In this document: piece after piece, positions 43,401-51,595 of the stretch
Position numbering within the stretch: position 1 is the stretch's first letter
How the letters are laid out: the number at the start of each line of letters is the position of its first letter
From: an uncultured Actinomycetes bacterium
GTDB taxonomy: Bacteria; Actinomycetota; Thermoleophilia; Solirubrobacterales; 70-9
NCBI GenBank assembly: GCA_963850735.1
Contig: CAWKMK010000006.1
Span: forward strand, 26,800 to 90,799
Length of the DNA stretch: 64,000 nt
Direction of reading: 5' to 3'
Made by a program: the position numbers and the translations under genes
The notes under the pieces: generated by a model
Told to the model about the DNA's origin: nothing
The model's input: only the letters and a program-made list of their open reading frames with translations
Databases searched by the model: none

Positions 43401-44463
43401 CGCCACCGGCATCCCCGCCGGGACGATCATCACCGCGATCGACGAAGGCGCCCAGACCCTGACCCTCTCCAGAGAAGCCGCGGCCTCCTCAGGTTCACAG
43501 CCGCTCTCGGCCTACGCCCAGAACCTCTACCTCTCCGAAGAAGGTCAGATCTCCTTCCTCGCCACGGTCACCGGCCGCGATGTGGAAGGGGAACCCGAAC
43601 CGCTCGGCACCTCCCGCTTCGACGGTCTCGGACTCTGGACCCAGCAAGTCGGCAACCAGCCTGCTCGCGACCCCTCGCGCACCAACCCCGACGGCTCGGT
43701 CCTCCTTTTCCAGTCGCGCGCCGAGATCACCGGTTACCCGGAGACCGCATTCCCCCAGATCTACCGCTACGACGCAACCGCCGGCGATCTGCAGTGCATC
43801 TCCTGCATTCCCACCGGCGTGCCGGCGACCGGGGGAGCGGCCCTGGAGAGCTACGGATTCGACTCTTTCTCGCCGCGGCCCTTCAGCCCCAATGGCTACG
43901 TTCCAAATCTCACCCCCGACGGCGGGCGGATCTTCTTCGACTCCACTGAAGCGCTCGTCTCCACCGACACCGATGAGGTCACCGACGTCTACGAGTGGGA
44001 GGCGAATGGAATCGGCAGCTGCACCCGACCGGCGGGCTGCCTTTACCTGATCTCCTCCGGTCAGAGCGATCGCGACAACTATCTCTACGCCCACTCGACC
44101 AGCGGCGACGACGTCTTCTTCACCAGCGGCGACAGGCTGACCGGTTCCGATAGCGGCGAAGGGTCGACCTCGATCTACGACGCCAAGGTGGGTGGTGGGT
44201 TCCCTGAATTTGATGGCGGAGGGGTGTGTACCGCCGGAACCTGTCCGCAAACGGACCATGTGCCCGTGGTTCCGGCTGTGCAGAGTTCCGCTCAAGGAAG
44301 AAGCGGCAATATTGCGAACCAGAAGCCCAAAACCTGCCCGAAAGGCAAGCGCAAGGTCAAGCAGAACGGCAAGGTCCGCTGCGTCAAGAAGCACAAGAAA
44401 CACAAAGGCAAGAGCGGCAAAGCCAAGAAGCGAGCCGGCGCCAACCGGGAGGCGGGCAAGTGA
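40435..44463 (+). CDS. Giant secreted multi-domain protein: NHL-like and TolB/PD40-like beta-propeller regions, FN3-like domain, three ~56-aa repeats, Lys-rich C-terminal tail
   Basis: 1342-aa intact ORF. Signal [21 protein letters not shown]. NHL-like [15 protein letters not shown]...[16 protein letters not shown]. FN3-like [17 protein letters not shown]. Propeller-type [28 protein letters not shown]. Tail [36 protein letters not shown]. Confidence 0.8.
   Translation: [1342 protein letters not shown]
43009..43515 (+). repeat. Three tandem ~168-171-bp coding repeats inside the 1342-aa gene
   Basis: Units start at 43009, 43177 and 43348. Consensus: (V/I)TGV(T/S)TG-G-F--GM-(I/V)[17 protein letters not shown]. 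Confidence 0.85.
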
Positions 44464-47147
44464 GCGCCCGCGCGATCAAGGCCGTCGGCTTGCTGTCCTG
44501 CCTAGCGCTCTGCCTGGCGACGAGCGCCAACTCGGCCAGCGCCGACAAAAACTACGCCGAATACGCGATCGAATCAGTCTCGGCGCAACTGTCCACCAAA
44601 CAAGCCGGCGCCCACGCTGACCTGACGACCAGCTTCGAGCTGAACGCGACCGAAGAAACGCCGCCCAAGCCCTTTGCCTTCACCCGCGACATCGTCTTCC
44701 ACCTGCCTCCCGGCGTGATCGGCAACCCGCAGCATTTCCAGCGCTGCACCCTGGGCGAGCTGGGCGCAGAACCCGAAGAAAGCGAATGCCCCCAGGACGC
44801 CCAGGTCGGCGTCACGGAAGTGCGCCTCGCCGGCTCGATCAACTCGACCTTGGTCGAGCCGATCTACAACATGGTCTCCCCGGGCGGGGAGATCGTCGCC
44901 CGCTTCGGCTTCTTCGCCGGTCCCTACCCGACGGTGGCGAACGTGCGGGTCAACCCGATCGACTACTCGCTGGAAGCCGCGGTCGAAGGCGCCTCGGCTG
45001 TGGCTGAAGTGATCGCCGCCGACACCACGATTTGGGGAGTCCCTGCCTCGCCGCTCCACGACGACCTGCGCCTCACCCCCCAGGAAGCAGTTGAAGAAAA
45101 ACTGCCCCCCGAAGGCCGCGAATCAGGCCAACCGGAAATCCCCTTCCTCTCCAACCCGACCGACTGCACGCTGCAGCGCCAGATCTCGGTGACCGCGATC
45201 AGCTACCAGCAGCCCGACGTGGAAGTGAGCAAAAGTGCTCCCTTCCCGGCGATCGGCGGCTGCGACAAACTGGTCTTCAAACCGAGCTTCACCGCGACCC
45301 CGACCAACCCCGAAGCTTTTGCCCCGACGGGCCTGGACGCCGTCCTGACGATCCCCCAAGACGAAACGCCCCAGGGCCTTGCCACCTCGATGATGAGGCG
45401 GGCGGTCGTCACCCTGCCGCAGGGGATGAGCGTCAATCCCGCCGCCGGCGACGGCCTCGAGGCCTGCTCGGCGGAGCAGGTGGGCTTCGGCACCACGAAT
45501 CAGTCCCACTGCCCCAACGCTTCCAAGCTCGGCTCCTTGGAAGCAGACATCCCGGCTCTGGAACGGACTCTGAACGGCTCGGTCTACCAGCGCACCCCGG
45601 AACCCGGCAACCTCTTCCGCCTCTGGTTCGTCACCGACGAACTCGGCGTGCACCTGAAGCTGCCGGCCGAAATCCAGGCCAACCCCCTGACCGGGCAGCT
45701 GACGAACCTGGTTGCCGGCATCCCGGCCCTGGACGGCATCCCCCAGGCGCCTTTCTCCCAGCTGCGCCTGCACGTCTTCGGCGGTCCCAGGGCGCCACTG
45801 GCGACGCCGGGATGCGGCAACTACGCCACGCACTACGAATTCATCCCCTGGTCGGGTAGGCCGGCGGCGGTCGGCGATGCGCCGATGCAGATCACTACGG
45901 GCTGCAACAAGGGTGGGTTTGCGCCGCAGTTTCAGGCAGGGACGACGAACTCGGTCGCGGGAGGGTTCGCGAGCTTCGTCTCCACCCTCACCCGCCAGGA
46001 CGGCGAAGCCAACCCCCAGACCCTCTCGGTCCACCTGCCCCAGGGCCTGATCGCGAAGATCGCCGGCGTCCCCCTCTGCCCCGAGCCCGGCGCCTCGGCT
46101 GGAGAATGCCCGGCAGGCTCCAGGGTCGGCTCGGTCGCCGCCGCCTCAGGCGTCGGCAGCGCCCCCCTCTGGATCCCCCAGCCAGGCAAGGCCCCCACCG
46201 CGATCTACCTGGCCGGCCCCTACAAGTCCGCCCCCTACAGCCTGGTGATCCGCGTCCCCGCCCAGGCCGGTCCCTTCGACCTCGGCACCGTTGTGACCCG
46301 AGCTGAGATCAACGTCGACCCGAATAGTGCAACCGCCACCGTCTCCACCGACCCGCTACCCCAGATCCTCGAAGGGGTGCCGATCGCCTACCGGGCGATC
46401 GCCGCGGTAGTCGATCGCGATCAGTTCATCTTGAACCCCACCGATTGCGACGAAAAGAAGATCGAGGCCACGGTGGTGGCCACCAACGGCGCCACCGCCA
46501 CCCCCTCGGCCTCCTACCAGGCCACCAACTGCGCCCGCCTCCCCTACACCCCCAAGCTGAAGCTGACCCTCAAAGGCCCGACCAGGAGAAGCGGCCACCC
46601 GGCCCTGAAAGCGGTCCTCACCCAGAAGCCCAACCAGGCCAACAACGCCAAGGTCTCCGTCCAGCTGCCGACCAGCCAGTTCATCGACCAGGACCACATC
46701 AACAACCCCTGCACCCGGGTCCAGTTCAACGCCGACGCCTGCCCACCGCTCTCGATCCTCGGCAGCGCCAGGGCGATAACCCCGCTGCTCGACCAGCCCC
46801 TAGAAGGGCCGGTCATCTTCAGGTCAAACGGCGGTGAACGCGAACTACCCGACATCGTCGCCGATCTCAAAGGTGGCGGCCTCAGAGTGATCCAGGTCGG
46901 CTTCGTCGACTCGGTCCCGGTCAAGGGCACCGAACTCGCCCGCCTCAGAACCCGCTTCCTCTCGGTCCCCGACGCCCCGGTCTCGAAGATCACGATCAGC
47001 CTCTACGGCGGCAAGAAACGCGGCCTCCTGGAAAACAGCCGCAACCTCTGCAAGACCAACCGCCTGGCCAAGGTCTCCTTCACCGGCCAGAACGGCGCCA
47101 CCCAGAACGGGAACCTGAAGATCGGGACCGGGTGCGGGGGGAAGTAG
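44460..47147 (+). CDS. Large secreted protein of unknown family (895 aa)
   Basis: GTG at 44460 overlaps the upstream stop (GTGA), within ORF 44226..47147. Signal AVGLLSCLALCLATSANSASA. Intact. Contains two NPTDC motifs and many paired Cys. Confidence 0.75.
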   Translation: MSARAIKAVGLLSCLALCLATSANSASADKNYAEYAIESVSAQLSTKQAGAHADLTTSFELNATEETPPKPFAFTRDIVFHLPPGVIGNPQHFQRCTLGELGAEPEESECPQDAQVGVTEVRLAGSINSTLVEPIYNMVSPGGEIVARFGFFAGPYPTVANVRVNPIDYSLEAAVEGASAVAEVIAADTTIWGVPASPLHDDLRLTPQEAVEEKLPPEGRESGQPEIPFLSNPTDCTLQRQISVTAISYQQPDVEVSKSAPFPAIGGCDKLVFKPSFTATPTNPEAFAPTGLDAVLTIPQDETPQGLATSMMRRAVVTLPQGMSVNPAAGDGLEACSAEQVGFGTTNQSHCPNASKLGSLEADIPALERTLNGSVYQRTPEPGNLFRLWFVTDELGVHLKLPAEIQANPLTGQLTNLVAGIPALDGIPQAPFSQLRLHVFGGPRAPLATPGCGNYATHYEFIPWSGRPAAVGDAPMQITTGCNKGGFAPQFQAGTTNSVAGGFASFVSTLTRQDGEANPQTLSVHLPQGLIAKIAGVPLCPEPGASAGECPAGSRVGSVAAASGVGSAPLWIPQPGKAPTAIYLAGPYKSAPYSLVIRVPAQAGPFDLGTVVTRAEINVDPNSATATVSTDPLPQILEGVPIAYRAIAAVVDRDQFILNPTDCDEKKIEATVVATNGATATPSASYQATNCARLPYTPKLKLTLKGPTRRSGHPALKAVLTQKPNQANNAKVSVQLPTSQFIDQDHINNPCTRVQFNADACPPLSILGSARAITPLLDQPLEGPVIFRSNGGERELPDIVADLKGGGLRVIQVGFVDSVPVKGTELARLRTRFLSVPDAPVSKITISLYGGKKRGLLENSRNLCKTNRLAKVSFTGQNGATQNGNLKIGTGCGGK

Positions 47148-47176
47148 TAGCGGCTCCCAGCTCCATACTCAGCTGT

Positions 47177-47420
47177 GATCGAGATGGTTGGCTTCGAGGC
47201 CCACTTCGGCCGCGTCTTCAGCGCCCATGAAGTGGCGGTCCCGAAGCCGACCCTGACCCCTACCCGGAGGCCTGCAGGCGTCTCGGTGTTGAGGCCGCCG
47301 CCCGTACCGCAAGCCTCCCGGTTATCGGTGTTCCTCAATCGAAGGGAATAGCCCCTGTGAAGCGCACCACTTCGCCGAGTCACTCCTAGATGCGGTGGTG
47401 GCAATGAGCCTTGTCTCTAG
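47177..47420 (+). pseudogene. Decayed duplicate of the 3' end of the HAD hydrolase gene
   Basis: Aligns by eye with 39162-39453 (for example GATCGAGATGGTTGGCTTCGAGGCCCACTTCG vs GATCGAGATCGTCGGCCTCGAGTCCCACTTCG, and ...CCCGAAGCCGACCCTGACCCCTACC... vs ...CCCGAAGCCGGCCCCGGACCCCTACC...). It contains in-frame stops and a deletion. Confidence 0.8.
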
Positions 47421-47633
47421 GCGATAGCTATCTCCTCGCGAGTGACAGCACCGCCTCAATGCGGGCGCGCGCCAGTTCGTTCATCGAGATTTCCAGCGAA
47501 CTTCGCCAAGCCGGTTTTGACTTTAAGGTCAAGGCAGGCTTTTCACCTCAGGCTTCTTGATAGTTTGCATATTTCGACTAGAACTCTCCTTGGAATCAAT
47601 TCCGGCCCAGATTTGGATCAAGGAGGAATACGC

Positions 47634-48206
47634 ATGAAGTACGTCAAGATTCTTTGCTTGCTGGCGGTTGGGGCCGCGGCCATGACGGCATTCGCCGCAA
47701 GTGCCTCGGCGGACACATGGACAACAACAACCCCCTCTGGCACGGTGGAGACACCAACGGTTCACTGGGTCAACGAGGGCGGTCACGTCACGCTCGCGAA
47801 CCCAATCGCCAACATCTCATGCTCTTTGACAATTGAAAAAACCGTCACAACCCATGAAAAAGGCAAACCGGTGGTAGCCCACCTCAACGCCCTGATTCCC
47901 AATGGCTGTACAAACAGCTGGCACGTGACAACGATCACCGCCGGTACGGTCTCGGCTGAGGCCAGCAACGGTGAAGTGAAATCAAGCGGGGCCAAGGTTG
48001 ACACGACACGGCTCGGCGTTACATGCGTGTACGAAACCAGCAACACCAAAATCGGCACCATCACAGGCGGCAGCCCGGCGACACTGCACATCGAAGCCAG
48101 CATTCCGATCAACACCGGGGAAAGCAGTGGCCTCTGCGGGACCGGCAATGCCAAATGGGAAGGCGACTTGGTCTCGACAACACCTCTTCATACTGATGAC
48201 AACTAG
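47634..48206 (+). CDS. Small secreted protein, paralog B
   Basis: ATG at 47634 follows AAGGAGGAA, within ORF 47442..48206. Signal MKYVKILCLLAVGAAAMTAFAASASA. Shares GCTNSWHVT, GAKVDTTRLGVTCVY, IPIN, ESSGLCG and AKWEG with paralog A. Confidence 0.75.
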   Translation: MKYVKILCLLAVGAAAMTAFAASASADTWTTTTPSGTVETPTVHWVNEGGHVTLANPIANISCSLTIEKTVTTHEKGKPVVAHLNALIPNGCTNSWHVTTITAGTVSAEASNGEVKSSGAKVDTTRLGVTCVYETSNTKIGTITGGSPATLHIEASIPINTGESSGLCGTGNAKWEGDLVSTTPLHTDDN

Positions 48207-48240
48207 CTGATGCCAGCTCGTCGACGAGTTGACGCATTAC

Positions 48241-48264
48241 GCGGCCGTCCTTCGGGACGGCCGC
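48241..48264. terminator. Hairpin between convergent genes
   Basis: GCGGCCGTCC-TTCG-GGACGGCCGC, a perfect 10-bp stem. Confidence 0.5.
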
Positions 48265-48329
48265 GCCGTCTAGCATCAAATGGTAGGTGCTAGGTAGCTG
48301 GTCAACACATCGGCGTTGTGCGTCGCTAT

Positions 48330-49210
48330 CTAGCCCCGAAGCACGCGCCGGCGTCGCAGGACCCGCTCGCAAATTCGCAGCAGGTCCTCAACGCCGGCGC
48401 GCTGTTCGGCGCTCAGACCGCCCTGCAGAGCCGCGTTGGCGGCTGAACCGGCCTCGGCTTTGCGCTCGGTGAGGGTGCCCATGTCCTCCTCGTGGCCCGG
48501 GTCGCTGAGGGCGCCCTTCAGCTCGACCAGCAGCGCCTCGAGGCCGACCCGCAGCTGCAGCGCCGCCTCGCGGTCGCGGCCGGCGTCGAGGTCGGCGCGG
48601 GCGCGCAGCAGCAGGGTCTCGCAGGCGTCGAGCTGCTCGCGGCCGCCGAGCACCGCGGCGACCCGTTCCTGCGGGCGCAGCTCCTCCTCGCGCCGGCGGC
48701 GGCGCGAGGCGCCGCTGGCCCGGACGTCGACCTCGCGGGCGGCGCGTGAAGCGGCCGGCGGCGACCTCCTCGCCGCTGCCGTAGCCGATCCGGACCGCGT
48801 CGGCCGCCTCGGCCGCGAGCTCGCTTGGCCCGTGGGGTCGGCGGCGGCGACCGCCTGGGCGTGCAGGGCGCGGTTGAGCAGCGCGAGCCCCTCGTCGACG
48901 AGGACGTCGACGGTGTCCTCGGCCTCGCAGGCCTCGTCCAGCCAGCGCGCCGCCTCGCCCTCGTCGGCGAAGGGGGCGAAGGCGCGGATCGCGGTCGCCC
49001 GGGTCAGGGGCAGGGCGGCCGGCTCGGCCTCGGCTCCGACCCGGCGCGGCCGCCGCCGGCGCCGGCCGGCGGCCGGCGGCGCGCCGCCAGCGTCTGCAGG
49101 ACCAGCACGCTCTCCGCCCCCTCGAGCCCATCGGCGCGCGCCAGGTAGCGGCCGTCGGCCAGCGGCAGCGTGCCGGCGAAGTCGAACTGCGACGAATCCG
49201 AAGAGCTTGG
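48330..49210 (-). CDS. Hypothetical protein, frameshifted; 5' boundary uncertain
   Basis: The C-terminal ~110 aa of ORF 48330..49307 look coding (LDACETLLLRARADLDAGRDREAALQLRVGLEALLVELKGALSDPGHEEDMGTL...). Upstream pieces are in other frames (FDFAGTLPLADGRYLARADGLEGAESVLVLQ; ELAAEAADAVRIGYGSGEEVAAGRF). Confidence 0.35.
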
Positions 49211-49299
49211 TCAGGGGCCGGATTCTCCCGCTCAGCGGCGATCTGCGCCGTGGCGGAGTGCAGTCGCCGCCGCCGGCGGCGAGCCCGCCGTCGGTCGTG

Positions 49300-51595
49300 T
49301 CCGGCACCGAGTACTTGCGAGGGGCTGATCGGCACCTTCGGGTTTTCGATCTCGCCGAGGCGGTCGATCAGGCGCTGCCACTGGTCGGTTTCAGCAGCGC
49401 CGCGAACTGGGCTTCGAGCGGGCCGCCTTCGAGCGGGTGGTAGCCGACGTGGACGTGGTCGTAGTGGTCGGCCAGCGCGAAGCTGGTTTCGCCGGGCAGG
49501 TCCTCGAGCGAGATCACCTGGTGGGGGTGCATCGTCCCCTGCAGCTGCAGCACGGTCGTGGATCAGCTCGTCGGTGAGCGTGCCCGGGCCCTGGTGGCCG
49601 GTGACCGGGACGCCGTTGATCACGGCGATGTCGACCGCGTCGCCGGTGGAGTGCTCGGAGACGTTGCCCGAGGTGGTCAGGCAGCCGTGGCCGCACTCGA
49701 GCGAGGTGATCGTCAGCGTCGAAGCCCTTCGACGCGCAGGTACTCGAGCATCGCCAGGATGCGGCGGTCGATCTGGCCGGCTGGCGATGTCTTCGCGGCC
49801 GCATTCGTAGATTTCGAGGCCTCTTGTCGGCGAGGACCCGCTTCTGCAGCGCCTCCTTGGAGAGCAGCAGGACGCCGGCGCCGCTGAGCTTGGCGGCGAA
49901 CGGGTTCTTGCCCTTGGCGCGGTAGATCGCCGTCGCCTCGAGCAGCTTCCAGCCGTCGAGGATCGGCTTCGGGTCGATCCGCGGCGCGCCTTTGCCGGCC
50001 GGGCGGATCGAGAAGTTGATGTGGGGGTCGATGCCCTCTGTCGCCCGCGCCGACCCGGGCCAGGACGGTGCCGGCGATCACCTTCGAGCCCGACCTTGAG
50101 GGATGCCGTCGGCGCTCGGCGGCGACCGCGGCTGTCGACCGCGTCGTTCGGCGGTCTGCGCCGCTCGCTGTCGGTCCGCTCCGGCAGCGCGCGCAGGCGC
50201 GGCCGCAGGTTCTGGCTTTCGACCGGGACCCGCTTCTCCTTGCCGGTCGGCATCACCACCAGCCGGTGCTCGCGGACGATCTTGCCGAGCTCGGCGTAGG
50301 TGTAGCGGTTGCCGTAGGTGTCTTCGAGGACGACGAAGTTGCCGAGCTTGTCGGAGTGCCCGAGCTTGCGGATCACCCCGTCGTTGACGGCGACGACCGG
50401 CGCGCCCTCGTCGGCGAAGATGTTGATCCCGCGCCGGGTCGGCGAGGAGGAGATGACTTCGGCGGCGTTGCCGTAGTCTCGCGGCGCTCGGTGTCGCCCT
50501 TCTTCAGCGCCTCCCGGGCCGAGATGTCGTCGGCGTAGCGGGCGTCGGCGGCGATCGGGAAGTGGGCGCCCTCGGTCAGCCCGGTCAGCGAGCCGACCAG
50601 GTCGGAGGGCAGCTTGCCGTAGGCGCGGGCGTAGAGGAGCACCTCCTGCACGTACCAGTCGGCGTGGTTGTAGGCGAAGATCGCGTCGTAGAGGTCCTTG
50701 TCGCCGCCGGCGAGCTTCAGGTAGTGGGCGGCGGCGCAGATCGCGTCGACCGGGTTGTAGGGGTCTTTGCGGCCGTCGCCGTTGGCGTCGAGCCCGTACG
50801 CTTCCCAGCTCGAGGGCAGGAACTGCATCCAGCCGACGGCGCCGGCGCTGGAGACGTTGAGGTTGGTGCCGAAGCCGGTCTCGATTTTGTTGATCGAGGC
50901 GAGCACCTCCCAGGGGATCCCGTATTCGGTGCCGCAGGCCTGGTAGATCGGCAGCAGGAAGGGCGGGATCTCGAAGGAGTCGATGACGAAGTTGGGGACG
51001 CCGATCGGCGCCGGGCCGAAGGGCGCGATCGTCGTCGTCGGGTTGGCCGCGGTCGGGGCGCCGCCGGCGTCGAACTGCGAGCCGCCGTCGGCGCCCTTCG
51101 GCCAGGGGCTGGTCGCCGCCGCCGGTTGCGCTCGGCGCCGTGCACCGCCGCCGTGCCGCTGCCGCCGCTGGCGTCGCCGAGGCCGTCGTTGCTGGTGACG
51201 CCGCCTTGCTTGGCCGGCCGGTGTCGCTGCCGTCGATCGCTGCTGCCCTGCTTGACGCCGCCCTGCTTGGCGGGGGCCGATGCGGGGGCGGCGCCGGGCT
51301 CGGTACCGGCGCTGATTCGCTCGGCGCGGAGGCGCGGCGGGGTCGGCGCCTCGCTGGTGTCCGTCCGGGTATTCGCAGTCGGGTCTTCGAGGTCGACCAG
51401 GCCGTCGCCGTCGTCGTCGACGCCGTTGGCGCAGGCGGGGGCCTGCAGCGAGGGGATGGCGGTGGTCGTGGTCGCGGCGGGATCGACCGCCGAGCCTTCC
51501 GAAGCGGCTCGGCGCCGGCGAAGGCAGCGCCCAGCGCAGTGACCGCCAGGAAGCTGGCGCAAGCGAGCAGTAGTCAGTGCGAACTTGGTTCTCAT
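49300..51595 (-). CDS. Multi-domain secreted peptidoglycan hydrolase: lytic transglycosylase + M23 peptidase + M15/VanY-like zinc hydrolase domains, many frame changes
   Basis: ATG at 51595 (MRTKFALT...). SLT-type YGIPWEVLASINKIETGFGTNLNVSSAGAVGWMQFLPSSW (~50800-50950). M23-type DKLGNFVVLEDTYGNRYTYAELG (~50300) and HINFSIRPAG. M15-like SGNVSEHSTGDAVDI and HYDHVHVGY (~49440-49700). The 3' end is uncertain. Confidence 0.65.

Noticed and set aside
39454-48329. The island as an integrative mobile element (the duplicated HAD 3' end as attL/attR)
   Set aside because: I found no integrase, recombinase, transposase, tRNA target or short exact direct repeats. The duplicated unit is ~1.1 kb, diverged, and includes a whole gene, so a segmental duplication fits better. 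I kept the duplication itself as a finding but make no mobile-element call.
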